A stretch of 64,000 nucleotides of DNA from Takakia lepidozioides (GCA_030704615.1 CM060732.1:50096001-50160000); one strand, 5' to 3'. Counted from the first letter of the stretch, positions 39,636 to 53,848 are shown. Numbers and translations: made by a program. Notes: generated by a model from the sequence alone, not told the origin.

Positions 39636-41161
39636 ACTCTGCAATGCAGAATTAGCACTGTCCGGGGCTCGCAAAGTGCGATGCCCGGACGTCACAATTT
39701 AAGGGGGTACATTTGAATTTAGGCAGGAAAATTTGAATTTGAAATTTGAATTTCAAAAACTTGTTGACCATTGACTCCGGTTCTCTCTAATGACGATATG
39801 TTCATTGTTCTATAAACATCATGCAATGCGATGCATACTTGAACCTAAGACCTCCACGTTATAACTTTTCTAGGACATTACAAACTAACCAACACACCTA
39901 TGCTACATCTATGTATCACAAAAGCAATCTAAATATATATATACACATATAAAGAAGTCCTTCAAGAGCCTTCAAGTTCCTTCTAAGGGGGTCTCTCTTG
40001 TGACGCCGGGGAGTTACAACCTCCACAGCCTTAGTGCCCAGCTCTAGCCCCAGCCCCAGCCCCAGCATCGTCGCCGTTGTTGCACCCCCCCCACTGCCAG
40101 ACGCCCTAAGCGACGTCCTTGTGATGACCTAAGCTAACCACAACACCATTGCGACCCCTGTGGCAACGCCATTGCGACCCCCTGGCGTCGCAACGTTGGG
40201 CGTCCTAGCGCGAGGCGCCCCCAGCGACGCTTTTGTGAAGTTGAGGGCCGCAAAGTCTATAATTTTTTTTAAATTAAAAAAAAAAAAACTCTCACTATGG
40301 TGATGCTGTTGCGACGCCCTGGCGTCGCAGAGGCACTGGGGCGCCCTTAGTGACGCCGAGGCGTCGCAACGTCCAAAAAATTAAAAAAAATTAAAAAAAA
40401 AAAAAATCTGACGCCGGGGCGTCGCAAGAAAAAAAAAACCGTCGAAACGAGGGCCCTCTTTCCCCCTTCATGCCACCTTACGACGTCTGGGCGTCGTAAT
40501 GGTGTCGCAGCGGGTGATTTCGACGCCGGGGCGTCGCAAACAAATGCCGCGGGCTCGGCGTCGCACGGGGCATGGGGGCACGGCTAGCGTCGCAAACCCC
40601 CCCCCATTTGCTGTAGTGCTGGTAGTTTCTCTTTAACTCCTCGAAAAACTCCACAACTGGGTTAAAGGCAGGCACGGGTGTTGGTGCTGCAACAGGAGCT
40701 TGGGTGGACTTCCCAGCTCCTGTTCCACTTGACGTCCCACTGCTACTTGCAGAAGCTGCCAGTGTAGCTACCGGTGTCACCACTGCCCTTGTGCCTCTAG
40801 TGATGGAGACATAGTCAGGTGACCAATACACCCGTCATTCCTCAATCTCCACCTCATGTCCTCGCCTAAACTCATGGTAGTCATCCATGGACGGCCCCTC
40901 AAGGTGCTGAAACAACCCCTTCCACGCCATAAAAGGTGTAAACAGTTGTGGATTGCGCATCTGCTACAAATCACACCAACTATCAAACTCCTGTATGAAA
41001 TCATCAAGCTCGATGGTGCCCACAGCTCCAGAGTACCGACGTGGCCTCTTGGTAGCTCCATACATTTCCTCCATCGTATCCCACAACAATGGCACGGAAA
41101 TGGCTTGCACCCTCGGCGAGAATCCTCCTAACTCTGAGTCTGAACCTTCCTCAGAAGACAC
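38700..41161 (-). pseudogene. gag with two Zn-knuckle motifs (split by the CACTA insertion)
   Basis: MSSEEG…RYSG…LDDFIQEF…LKRNYQ|GIRTEKLRSLQEFQQKPVESLREAYTRMRRL…, CRDCGGPHVKKDC, CGHCGKYGHEEAHC. Confidence 0.85.
39418..40618. mobile_element. Non-autonomous CACTA (En/Spm) DNA transposon inserted in gag
   Basis: Right end …tttgctgtagtg (CACTACAGCAAA on the minus strand). Left end caggaaaggggggggtttgcgacg is the matching, clipped TIR. Dense subterminal cgacgcc/ggcgtcg motifs at both ends; no transposase. Confidence 0.8.
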
Positions 41162-41661
41162 TGAAAGTGAAGGTGCCTAAACCGCACACCTCATCTTGTA
41201 TACCCACTAATATCACTGGTGCTCGTACCGGCACTCTCTTCAGCAACTGGTGGCACCTCCGTGATGAAAACTCACAACCACACCTGTTGTAAACCTGTCT
41301 CTAATCCCCCTTTCCACAAGATAACCGGGTAGAGAACCTGTTGCGGCTTATGGCTTAGACTACTAGGTTCGTAACATAAACCTGCACCTGCATCCACCGC
41401 AAGCACTCATATGGTTTGCTGGTCATCAACCCAGCCTCACCATAAGAGAAACAATGGTGGTCTGACTGGTCATCACCCCAGCCTCACCACCGACAACATG
41501 CTCTAGGATTGGCCGGTGATCAAATCCGTACCAACCTCCTATGAAAACAAACGCCCACACAAACTGACATGGCGCACAGTCAAGCATGCAGGTGTGGGGG
41601 GGATCCAAACACAAGAAAATCAAGACAGTAACTCCCCCACACAAAAAAAAACACTCCACAG

Positions 41662-43634
41662 TGTCGCTCCTGCAAAGACACCCCAGCCCAAACCCAGACT
41701 GACTCTTGCCTCTACCTACGGAAAGGTTTTGGCCTACATAGAGGGTGGAAGACTACGAGGAAGAGAGACTAAAGCAATTCCTAATCCCAGAATGCTCTCA
41801 TCCCACTAGTCTCCCCCTATCTCTAAACGCTCTTGCTCATGACCAACAGACATAACTACCTTCCAGGGTCTCTCAAATAACTCTCCAAGAGCCCTCAAGA
41901 TGTCTCTCAAACAATCTCACTAAGGCCCCCAAAGCCTGCCAAATCTTGGCCCTCAAGGACCCCAAAAAGTCCTTCAGACAAGTTGCCAAAGACTCCTTAA
42001 GCTCGCCAAATATTAGCCTCCAAGGACCCCAAATTAGTCCTCCAAATAGCCCTCCAAAGCTCCAAATGTTTGCCAAATATTGGTCTTCAAGGACCCCCAA
42101 TAGGCCTCCAAACAGTCCTTCAAACACCCCTTCAAGAGCTCTTTAAGTGTCTTACAAAAGCTCCTCAAAGGACCCCCCAAAAGATCCTCCAAAGGCAATA
42201 CTCCTCCAGATACACCCTAGATGTCATACACTTTTAATGAAAACGTATGGTAGGCAAAGTCTCTCCACTTGTATCCATACCTTGTTCACAAAAGTGTATG
42301 GTGGAGCCCATACACTGTTCACAAAAACGTATGTTGGGCAGAGGGGGCCCATACTCTGTTCACAAAAATGTATGTTGGGCAGAGGGGTTGCATACACTGT
42401 TCACAAAAGTGTATGATGGGCAGAGGGAGCCCATACACAGTTTCTTGAAGAGTATGGAGACTAGGGTTTGTAGAGTATAGTAAGAAACACCTTCTTCATG
42501 GTATCTTCCCCCCTAACATGCATGCAAGATTGCATTATCTTACTTTGCAATGCATTCATCCCAAATTGACAAATTCCTCTTGATCTCCTTGGAACTCATA
42601 GCAAGCTAATGTACCCAATGATAAGCGCCAAGCCTTGCTTGAATTTGAATTTTATATGCCATCTTCCATGTGCTAGTCACACATACTTCCACCTCTTGAC
42701 CTAGGTGTTCTCTTCATTCATCATAATGTGTATCCACACCTCTATTCAAGAGCTCATCTTCTCAAACTTGAAGTCACAAGCCCTCAAGAGCATGCTCCAC
42801 ATAAGCATCACTTGCTTGATCAACCATCCACCACAAAACTTTAAGCAAAAAGGGAATGAATACATGAGTTTCACCTTCCCCTTCCTTGTCTTGTCACATG
42901 CTAATATATGGTTGAAGTTGCTATGCATGCCGTGAGCCACAATCTCCTTTCTTCATGAAGACCACCTCCAATGATTTCCCACATGTGCTCCAAGCTCTTC
43001 AATACTCTAGGCTTGGTTTCACATCATCATGGATAAAATTCTCACCCACTTGCTTCTCTTTGGAGTCATCTTGAGCTTCTTGATGCTCTCCAAGTGGTTG
43101 CTTTTGTTGTCTTCAAGCCCTAGCCTATGTAGCTCCTTGGCTTTTCTTCCACAACATGCACCACCTCATACACAAGGAATGAACTTGCTTTTAGCTCTCC
43201 TCAAGCTTGAATTGGAAGCCACACTTGGAAAGCATGCTCCACACATGCGTCACTTGCTTGGTCAATCACTTGCTTCACCAAGAGCAATCTAAGAACTCAT
43301 AGAACTAGCAAAAGCACTCCCTTCTAGCGCCGCCTTCGCTTGCTTCTTGTCAACCAAATGAAACCCCACTTGGCTTCATTTCACCATGGATAGAACAACC
43401 ACTTCTTAGCTTCTCTTGAGCTACTCAATGCTCCTCAAGCTACCCTTGTTGTACTCCTTCTATGGTGTTTCCAACCCAAGCATGTGCCGCTCTTTGGTTT
43501 CTCTCTCACACCATGAACAAGTACTAGAGCTTGCTCTTGAAACCCTAGTGTTTATCTTCTCCATATAAATATCCAAAATGTCCTAGTTAACTAGAAGTAG
43601 GTAATTCTAGTTAACCATGACTAAAACCATGACA
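41662..43634 (-). mobile_element. LTR-like sequence (~2 kb, TGTC…GACA), possibly composite
   Basis: Its ~180-bp end (41662-41840) is the inverted homolog of 48830-49002. The other end matches 30905-30975. No TSD. Confidence 0.5.
42270..42440. repeat. ~40-bp tandem repeat (4-5 units) inside the LTR-like sequence
   Basis: catacactgttcacaaaa(g/a)(t/c)gtatg..gggcagaggg units, each with a catac…gtatg inverted repeat. Confidence 0.8.
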
Positions 43635-43907
43635 TGGTTATTAACCCGGGCAACAACCCGGATATAAGCTAACCTACCAGAAGGTTCTTGAAATTTGCGA
43701 ATTACATGCAGAACAGGCCCGGCGGTTAGGGCTTGCGAGAGTGATCGGCAAGAACCTTACCCGCCTCGGCTTCCGGCGATAGGACCCGTGTTGTTACCCG
43801 TGTTTATGGTTATGTTGCAACTCCTGGTATGAGCTTTCTGGTATCAATGTGGGAGGGGATATTGTAGCAGCTTCGACATATATGGTAGGATTAGCATTGC
43901 CACAAAC

Positions 43908-46787
43908 TGTGGATTTGAAGCTAGGCATTGAAGATAGGCAACAACATACTGAGCTCCCTGGTGATCTGCAGATTGGATGTCGCAGCCCTTTGCCTTGAGG
44001 GCAGGGGGTCGGGACACAAGAGGAGCTGCCCCTATGGTGGGGGCAGTGGCAACAATAGGTACGGGGGCTGAAGCACCCTTGAGTGCCCAAGGCTTTCAAG
44101 GAGGCGGAGGCGCTCACTAGGTGGAGCCCCGCACACCGGGTTGCGGTGGGGGTGGTTCCACGAGGGGTGGTGGTAGCTTAGTGGGTCTTAGTGGGGGTGG
44201 CATAGTACTCACCATGGGGTAGAAACCTTGTGGTGGGAGTCGTGGGGAGTCTTGGGACTCATCACGGTCCAATGGGGCCGTGGTGGGTGGGCCAAGACTC
44301 ACCGTGACTCATCACCGGGAGTCAAGAGTCTTCGTGGTGGTTCGCCATAAAATGACTGGGTTGTTTGTGAAACCCCCGCGGACAGTCACAGAAGTATATA
44401 TAGGGAGTAGTAACCCCGAGAACGGTGCAAGCCCGTTGGTGACCCAAAACTAGTGAGTAAGCGTGCGAGCCGGAAAGCGACCAAGGTGTGGGGAGCTGCT
44501 CCGGACTGCCAACAACCAAAGGGAATTTCCACTAGGCCTGAATTGAGCGAGGGTCTTGTGGAGGAGTAAAGGGGGACCGTTATGTCCCGGTGAGCAGCTG
44601 AAGCTCCGAGTTGGCCCAGCGGCCAGTTTGGGAGTTAGGCGCGCGCATCAAAACGAGTAATTATGACTTGAAGGGGAGCTTACCGAAATGAGGTGCGCGA
44701 CACTTGGTATCAGAGCTTAGAATTGAGTACGCGATCGTCCTTGAGATCGGCCTCATCATGGGGTCGGGCAAGACAAAGCGAAAACGGAACGGCCCGAAAG
44801 ATGATGATCCTGGTGAGCCCGGCGAGGGCGACGTGTCACCGAAGCGGTAATTGGAAGAGGCGATTCATGCTTCTAAAAGTGAGGCCACTCAAGAACAGGA
44901 GGAATTTTGGGAATTGGAGCCCGAGGACTTCCCGGAGGCTCCGCCAGACCAACAGATGCCTCCCATGCCAACAGCCTTTTGGGAAGGGCTGTTGGCGCAG
45001 TTTGGCGGGACATTAAAAGACATGTTGAGGGTGGCTAATGCCACTTCCACTAAAGCAAAGTTTAAGGTGAAGCCTAAGGAACCCGGCACCTTCGAGGGCG
45101 TCCGAAATCGGAAAGCACTCAACACTTGGCTCTTGGAGCTGGAGCAGTACTTCCGGGCGGCCAAGTTGAGTGACGAGGATCGGGTGGAAGTGGCTCCCAC
45201 CTATTTGAGGGGCTATGCTCAACAATGGTGACAGAAACGCCTTCATGACCAAGGTCCAAACCCAGAAACCTTGAGCTGGAGTGGGTTCAAGGAACTTATG
45301 AAAAGATAGTTTGTGCCTCTCAATGCGTCTTGGCTCGCCCGTGACAAGATGAGGAATTTGAAGCAAACGGATGACATTCGGGGATATGTTCAGGCTTTCA
45401 ATGTGCTGTTGCTCGAAGTCATGGATATGGCAGAACTAGAAATGGTCTTCAACTTTGTGGTGGGACTGGCCCCATGGGCCAGGCGGAAGTTGGAGGAGAA
45501 GCCACCTAAGACTTTGAACGAGGCAATTGAAAGGGCTGAATGTTTCTCGGATATCCCTAGGGGTGAAATGACGGCTTATGGCAGACAGAAGACAATCTTC
45601 GATGGAATGTGCTTTAATTGCGGGGAGCCCGGGCACATGGCCAAGAAGTGCACAAAACCTCGACAATTGAACATGACTCGGGCGACCGCGGAGCTGTCCG
45701 AAGATTCCATCAGCCGCTTGGTGGAGGCGATAGTCGCCAAGACTTGCAAGGTAGGCAACTACTCTTGTGAGTTGTATCAGGAGACTGGTCCCTTACGTAA
45801 AGGGAGTTAGTTAATGTTCGTGAGTGGGATAATTTCCGGAACTAACGTGTCGTTGTTGGTGGACACGGGAGTGTCGCACTCCTTCATGACACCGGCAACG
45901 GCACGGAAGCTGGGGCTCCTGACAAGTGATGTGGGGGCCTCTATTGAAGTGCGTTCTGCCAAAGGAGAACCACAACTTGCGATGAGGTTGGCGTTCGATG
46001 TTCCTCTTCAGCTAGGAAGTTGGGAGGGACATGAGAACTTCACCATTTGCGAGATCGATGGAGTGGATCTCATTTTGGGGATGACCTTTTTAAGCAAATC
46101 CGGAGCGGTCATAGATGGCCGCAAGAGAGTAGTCACGCTACCGTGTGGGGATAGTGGTGAAGTTTTACGGGTGTCGGAAACTCCCAACCGAGTGGGATGG
46201 CGAGTAAACCTGCTCACAGCAAAGGAGTGGATCGTGGAGGAGCCACACGAACCCCAGTTTTTGTTGTACGTAAGACAAGTGGAAGGAGAAGTTGATAAGG
46301 AGCTGAGCCCAGATTGGATCAAGGGGATCCTGGAGAAATACCAGGATGTGATGCCGGAGGATTTACCAAGCGGCTTGCCAGTGCGAATAGGAGATGACCA
46401 CAAAATTGAGGTGATACCGGGATCGGAGCCGCCTGCCAAGGCGCCCTACCGGTTGAGCCACAAAGAGTTGGTCGAGCTGAAGGCTCAGCTCAAGGATCTA
46501 ATGTTAGAGGGGTACATCCGGCCGAGTAAGTCACCTTACGGAGCCCCGGTGATATTCGCAGACAAGAAGGATGAGACGTTGCGGATGTGTGTCGATTACA
46601 GGGCTCTGAACAAGGTAACTATAAAAAACCGGTACCCTTTGCCAAGGATCGACGACCTCTTCGATCGGTTGGCAGGAACAAAGTATTTCAACCGGATCGA
46701 TTTGCGTTCAGGCTACCATCAAATCCGAGTGGCGGAAGGAGATGAGGAGAAGACCGCGTGTAAGACAAGATATGGTTCATATGAGTT
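43908..46787 (+). mobile_element. 5' part of a Ty3/Gypsy (chromovirus-type) retrotransposon: LTR, PBS and gag-pol truncated in RT
   Basis: LTR end …GCGCGACA at 44702. gag ATG at 44758, [49 protein letters not shown], then abrupt truncation. In-frame stops; LTR start approximate. Confidence 0.85.
44705..44716 (+). promoter_or_regulatory. Primer-binding site (tRNA-iMet)
   Basis: TGGTATCAGAGC, 2 nt after the LTR-terminal CA. Confidence 0.92.
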
Positions 46788-48377
46788 TGTCAAGTTATTT
46801 TACCACTAGTGTGAAGTTAGCTAAGAAATAATTAGCTTGTATATATTGACATTTGGGATTGACCCAAGTGTCAATCCAGGGGCCAATACATGTTTGGGCA
46901 CCTGACGTTGTTATCTTCATGGCAGATCGCGGTGGGCTCATCTTTCTCGAGTTGAGCCTCACCGTGACTAGCTATGGCGTCGTAGTATGGTTTCCCCATG
47001 GCGTGGGGTGCACTTGGCTCGACTTAATATATGAGTGATATTTTTATGTGCAAGTATGTGAGTTTGAGAGAGCTTATATGCTTGTATCATTCCTTTCTTT
47101 ATCACTCGAGAAAGATCAGCTCGAGTCTATGAGTGCCAGGTTCGAGTTAATTGTAGCACTTATGTTTTCAGATCATGAGAAGCGGTTCAGCCTAGAGTGC
47201 AGGGATTCGTGCATGAGCCTATCCAAAGCGAATAGAGTGCAAAGGCAAGCAGGTTGCAGGTTTGCAATGGATAGAGAAGCGGATAGCCTATGTTGAAGGG
47301 CGGTCAGTGTTGCATAGCTCAACGCTATGACAACTGAGTATGCGGTTCTGTGTGAAGCGGAGGAGATGTTGGCCACGAGTGGGCGAACTGTGGTCATCTT
47401 CTTCAGCTGCAGGCCAAGCTGAGGAGCTGCAGAAATATGGGCTACGCATGGGAAGCTAGCATGTTGCAGGTTGGAGATGATATGATCAGCTCTAGGTATT
47501 TCTGCCTGAAACTAGTTGTTGGGGGTAGATGAGGAGCAGCCGAATGGTGGAGCTGCGAGGGGATGCATCGCAGTCCGTTGGGAGCTTCAGCTCCAAACTC
47601 ATGAAGAGGTATGAGTGAAGAGAGGGGGCAGGTCCCTCTTGTGTGCAAATCAGTGCACTTGTGAAACATGTGTTGAGTTGGAGTTTCAATCTGAAACTCA
47701 GCAGTGTAAGGGCTCTTGGAGTGTCAAGAGCGGGGAAGGAAGGGCAGCAACGAGGTGCCCTAGAGCCAAGGGATATGCATGAGAAGTGCAGGTGCACCAA
47801 GTTTGTAAAGGTGTGTATTTTCAGATTCGTTTTAGTGAGCTTCATGAAGAAATGGAGCTTGTTGGGCAACATATTGCTTGCTTGTTGAGTTTAGGGTGCT
47901 TCTAGTGGGCCATGAGAGCTCAGGAGTGCAGGGCGACCGGGCTGATGGCTCCGCAGAAGCCATAGCTCAACGGCAACAGGTGCAGGAGCAAACCCCAGCT
48001 CGGGGAGAGCTCGGGAATGCGGGGGAACGCCTGGGAACGCCTTGAGAACGCATGGGAACTCGTTGGGAGTTCCAGGGCACGCAGGGAACAGTGGCCGTGA
48101 TGGGCCGTGGGGGTGGTATCACAAGATACCACGAGCCCAGGCCGTGACTGTTGACCGTGACCGTTGACCGTGACTGTTGGAAACCGTGGTGCGAACACAA
48201 CGGGTGGGCACGGTGACCAGATCGTGGGGATGGCGGCCGTGAAGGCTCGTGGGAGTGGTACCACGGGGTATCATGGGGCAGCCCGTGGCCAACGAACGCT
48301 TAGGGCGGGCCGTGAGGAGTCGTGGCGGTTGGAGCCATGGAAGGCCGCGAACAGCCAGAGTGGAAAAATAAAATAAA

Positions 48378-48410
<33 letters not shown>

Positions 48411-49002
48411 CACTCGTTTCGTGGGACCTTGATAGGGAAGCTGGGCTCTGTAGAACAATGGTTTTGAGCTAGCTGATCCGGCAGAAAAGTCGGAATTGCC
48501 TCTTTGTTGCATTTTAACAAAGGGGATTACTTCCCTGCAAGTAATATTTTCGGGTTTTCAGCCCAATTCTTAACTATGGGGGAGACCAGCCTGCAGGTTA
48601 TTCCTTTGGACAGAATGTTGTTGGGGCCTATATGTACCTCTATTTGCTCCATTTTTTAACCTTCAGTGAACGGCGTGGTTTCCTAAGGTGGTTCCATTCT
48701 GAGGAATGGTTGGTGGACATAAGGAGGCACTGGCGGACCCTATGGAGGCTTGCATGGGGCCTTAGAGGCCAAGTTTCATGAGCTCGTGGAGGGCGGTTTG
48801 AGGAGTGTCTACATGATGCCCTCATGGTCATGCAAGTGAGAGAAGAGAGGAAAAAAGAGGGTGTTGGGATGAGAGCGTGCTGGGGATAGGCATTGCTTTA
48901 GCTTCCATTCCTCGTAGCTTTCCACCTTCTCTGTAAGCCGAGACCTTTCCGTAGGTGGAGGCAAGAGTCAGTTCGGGTTTGGGCTGGGTTGCAAGAGCGA
49001 CA
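46788..49002 (+). mobile_element. LTR-like sequence (~2.2 kb, TGTCAAG…GAGCGACA) truncating the RT
   Basis: Starts with TG exactly where the RT stops. The 3' end is homologous to 41662-41840 in inverted orientation. Internal (TAAAA)n and ccgtgac repeats; no TSD. Confidence 0.55.
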
Positions 49003-49441
49003 ACGACGCTACCGCGTGAGCGTGCGCTCACGCTATGCTGACATGGCGTGAGCGTAGGGGACCAGCAGCTCATGTGGCGTAAGTGTCGGCTCACACTGAC
49101 GTGGTGTGAGCGTGAGGGTGATGTGGCGTGAGCGTGCTGACATGGCAGTGAACAACGTGATGTGGCAGTCATCATGCCTACGTGGAAGTCCACGTGTCCA
49201 CGTGGGATTCGGCCAACGTGGCGGACGCCATGTCAACAGAAACATGTAGGTCTTATAACCGAGGCACCTGTTGCCGTGGCATTCATTCAGGGTAATTAGA
49301 ATACGAAAACACCGGAAATGGGAAACCGGAAACAAATCCACGCATGCTTATCCATCCCATTTATGTTGCATTGATCACACTATTAAAATGGCACACATTC
49401 ATCAGTTGTGGAAATTGAATTGGACGAAAGTCAGCTTCTTC

Positions 49442-52400
49442 CTATGTGCTTTTATCCCGCTGCATAAGTGTATTCACCTCGTTGAAACTCATGGTGGCCT
49501 GGTGAATGAAGATGTCGGGTTTGGGATCACAAATCATTCTGTTCAAGAAGATAAAATAAAGATGTTTGCAGGGTACAAATTTGCCTCTCTTTCCCAAACT
49601 TGTTGAAAGCATGCCAACAAAATCAGGACAGGTGCAGTTGGGGAAATTTGAAACTGTGATGTCATAGAATCTGTCATGGATAGCAGATGTAGAGGTCATC
49701 ATAGTGTAGATCCGACCATACCCGGGATCTGCAACTTCCGTAGTGCCTACAACACGTCCTAGAAGCATTCGAGCGGATTCCACCTTGCCGAAGTGCTCGG
49801 CAGTTGGAGGGAAACGACGTACTACCTTCCTATTTCTTTTTGTTGGCCATGCATCTGGGTTGGCTGGTGGCACTCTAGAACTTCCTGAAGTGGAAGCACT
49901 TGCACGCACAGAGGCTTCTCGCTGAAGGGAGAACCCTGCCTCCTCCAACATTGCAATCTCCTAACTTGTGAGATGTGTCCCCACCTTGACTGGCCAAACG
50001 GTCGGTGGAGGAGGCTTCATGACCACTGATGGTCGCACGGTCCCATGCACGCACCTACCACAGTTGTCAGCGCAGACCCAGAATTTATGGTTTTTCGCCT
50101 CTGGCTGCCCATAAGGTTGGAACAAACCGTTGAAGGTCGGTGCTGGAGTGCAGGCACTGCCTCTGGATATGAAGGACTTGCACTTCTCACGATTGGTGGC
50201 TCTGATTGCGGAGCACTTCACTCGAGACCCAGCTCTCGTGCGTTCTATATGCCACACTTCATCGGAGCAGGTGGACTCCACCACATGCGAGAGCAAGTTC
50301 GATTCATTGAGAGTAGGAGATGTTGGCGTACTTTGTGAGAAACGTTGCTCCGCACTGGATATTCCAGAGACGAACCTCTCATGTAATGGAACACGCGGAA
50401 TGGAGAAGTTGTCCTTGTCCGCCCTGTACGAGTCTGCATCCGACCCAGGAGGGGTGTTCAATTTCCGTTTACAGGACCCGAATCTCTCCTTGCCCTCCAG
50501 ATGAGGAATTCTGGACACTAGAGGAGTTCCCTCCGCACACATGCTGACAGCTCTGGCAATCTTGTTTGGATCCCCCGATCTTTTTGCAGCTCACAACATC
50601 AACTCAGACTTGTCAGGGCCTTTGCCACCAATGCCACCCCTCAAGAAATCGCGATATCTCGTTTGTTGCTGCAGAGCTCGGATGAGATCATCTGCCGTCG
50701 CCAGATACAAATCCCGTCCCCGCTTTCCAGACTGCTGCAACCATGCATTGTGCACTGTTTCCGCTCGATTGCAAGAGGGCATGTCCGCCATCTACTCAAT
50801 TGACAAGTGCTGCAGAAAAGGGAAAACACACATCAGGACAGACAGGTACACCCCATGACAACAGACATGATTGGAAATGCATACAAAGCCAATGAGAATA
50901 CATGATCTGAAATTCAGGTACCGTTGTCATGCATGCTCCCCATTGTCTGTACCGGAAGTGCCAAAATGCTAGCCAGTCTTCCAGCGCTCTTATACTGTCT
51001 TCTGATACAGCCCCAGATGAGAACCACCAAGCACGAATCGACTGGAACAAAGTATTCGCCTCCACCATGCTTTTGGCATCTTTGTACTGTTTGCATAGTT
51101 TAGGATGAATCGCCCGCATGTCCGGTCTGATGTCTGCCTTGGTATGTTTCTCAAGGGACTGCGTCCAATGGAAAAGACATGTTCGCTCTCTTCCTGGCAT
51201 TGGCACTTTTGGATCTCCTGAGCCGAACACAATGCGAATAGCATTGAAATTCGCTTGAGCACTGTCGGCCATAAAACCAGCGAAATTTGGGGATGGGACA
51301 CCATGGGATGCCATCGCGCGAATGAGACATCTCCACATAAGCTGCTGCGACTCCGCATCCTTCGATTGCATGTCACACACTGCAATAGACATGACTCGCT
51401 GGTAGAAAGGATCGTAAACATGGCACACCATTGTTGTCCAGTCTTTCACTTGTTTGACGTGATCAAACATAAGGAAACAATTCTGCAGATCGCCATCTTT
51501 TTGCATGTGCTTGACAAGGCTTACTCCGCTGCCCTCCCCTTGTGTTGACATTTTGAAATTGTACACTTTGTTGGATCCTTGACCTGGGAACACGCTGTCT
51601 TGGATGTAGTCGTACATGCTCCGAGATTTCAATTCCAAAATGTTATCAATATACCCTCTGTTTGCAGAGCCCATCCTCAATGCATTCACCTGGTTTCTAA
51701 TGTTCGGTGAGCTCAAGGTTGAGAAGTGATCCATAACATTGTCCAAGGCATGCCCGTCCAGCTTCCTGCCCACAGAGTCCCCTACACTCAGAATATGGCT
51801 TTCCAGGAAACTCTTGCTTGCTCCAAGCACAATTGCGGAGGTGGTGGCTGTTGGATTGCTCTCATACTCCTGTCTTATCAACTTGGACACTGTTTGAACA
51901 CTCTCCCTGCAATCCCCCTTCGCCACAAGATGGTTGTGGAATCCGAAATGTACACAGGCTCTAGTCATGTTTTTCAAACGGTGAACAACATAGTACTTGC
52001 GTGCTGCACACATTGCAAACGAAAGTGTTGGAATTTGGAGGTGCCTCACCGGGTTTGAATGGATTTTTGGCGACACCCTCCCACTCGCACTGGTTGTGAA
52101 CCTTGAACCGTTGGAAATGCCTACAATTCAAATTCTCGCACATGAGGTGCCCATTGCACAGCCTTCTTCGGAAGACGAGGTTGTCATGATTTTGAATATT
52201 GGATGTCTTCGTTCTGCACCACGGGTGTCCATCTCCTCTCTTGTCCATTCCCTGCATGAGGCTAGTGACGGGTCCATCCTGCCCAGGTGGAGGTAGCTCG
52301 AAGACGACATCCCCATCATAAGCATTCGGCAGGAACTCCACACACTCAATAGGGACTGTGTCCCAATCAATCCCCCGCAATTCACTCTAGAAACCGGGCA

Positions 52401-53250
52401 TTCCTCCCATTGACTTCAGTTTAGGAATGATACTGATAAGGTGTGTCACTTCCGGTTTGACGACAGGCGGTGTTTGCACATAAATTGGGATGTTGGGAAT
52501 GTCCTCGGCGCTCAACTATTGGGGTGGAAGTAGTGGTCTCCGTCTTCACGACGATATTCCTTTTGTCTTGAGCAACAGAACCAGCTGTTCCCGGGGAGAC
52601 ATACGAACCATTGGACTGCCGCCGATGAGCTCCGACGACCCTGTATCTTCCTGGAGGCACTCTTCACTGACTCACAAAAGAATTATCATCCGGTTTCTGA
52701 AATGAGTACTTGATCAACTTCCCATGCACATCGTAGACCTCTTTTTCGAGGAAAACAATGCCAATCTGGTACTCGAAACGCGTTGCCAGGAGATGCTCCT
52801 GCGCAATTGCGTAACCATTGGAATCAGCATCCTTCGAGAAAGGGACAGGCTTCTCCGTAGAGTAAAACTCCGCTTCAGCCGAACCCATGGTGGAGGACGA
52901 CTAATTCCGAGGTAGACGGAGCTCGAAAGTGGAGAGGCCCACGACTCCCGTGGATATCTTTCATCAATACATGACAGACAGTTAAAGGGTCCTTGAAGAA
53001 CAGTTGTGTAAACAGTTGCTAAAACAGATGTGAAACAGTTATGTGCCTGCCCACACCCAGTGCAAAAGACGGCTAAGTTGGAAAATCTGGGATATGTAAT
53101 GTTTTCAGGCACGTGGGCCCAGACATTGCATTCATAGCACGGCTGCCAGAATGGGTGCAGAACCAATGAGAAAATCTGAACCGCCGGAATGCGAAACTCA
53201 ACTTGCACATGTATGGACATCGAATCCAGGGTATGGCCATACGGACACAA
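49442..53250 (-). pseudogene. Mutator-like (MULE) DDE transposase with a WRKY/GCM1-like DNA-binding region and a C-terminal SWIM finger
   Basis: DGHPW…SN…C-NGHL-x-C-x-N-x-x-C…HFGFHNH; FDHV (D1), FMADSAQAN (D2), RTCLFHW (CxxH), AETVH (E, after a GT-AG intron ~50920-50812); SWIM CTCPDF…CKH. Frameshifts and stops. Confidence 0.8.
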
Positions 53251-53848
53251 GAGGTGACGGCGTCCAGTGCCAAATGCACAAATGTTTCTGTGCTACGTGG
53301 ACACGTGTGAGGTGAACCCATGCATAACCGTCGCGAGTGTTGCCCTGCTTGCATCCCCTCGCACAACGTTTTTGGGCCCAACAGACCCTCATTTTCAAGC
53401 TGGAGACTAGTAGGAGACTCAGTTCCCACCGAGAGAGCGGCAGACGTAGAAGGCAGTTTTTTTTTTTCACCTCAGTGCGAGAGAGGAAGAGGGCGAGAGA
53501 GAGAATGAGAGGTCGCAAGCTTGAGTTGACACTGCAAGAGATAGCAGAGGAGAGCTTGGCCCTGGAAGCAGAACACATGACGGCGCAGGACCAGGTGGTC
53601 GGAGCTGCCGAAGGAGGGGATGAAATACCATCAGATAGCGACACAGAGGATATGGACACAGATAAGCCCGACGCTGTTGCTAAGGAGCCCATGCCAAAGG
53701 GGAAGAGTGTTGTTGAGAAGAAGGCGACTCCGAAGAGGAAGCAAGCTGCGCAGACCTCCATTGCCGCTGCAACCAAGGCTTTAGGGAGTGCACCCCCGAA
53801 AGCACCGCAGGTTATGATCTTCCTTCCAGTATTCTGCTGCAGTTTGAA

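Noticed and set aside
43635-43904. Candidate 5' LTR of the DNMT-Gypsy element
   Set aside because: Shares only short motifs (ttaacccggg, aacctaccag, tgccaca) with the 3' LTR. It is too divergent for a cognate pair and no PBS was found.
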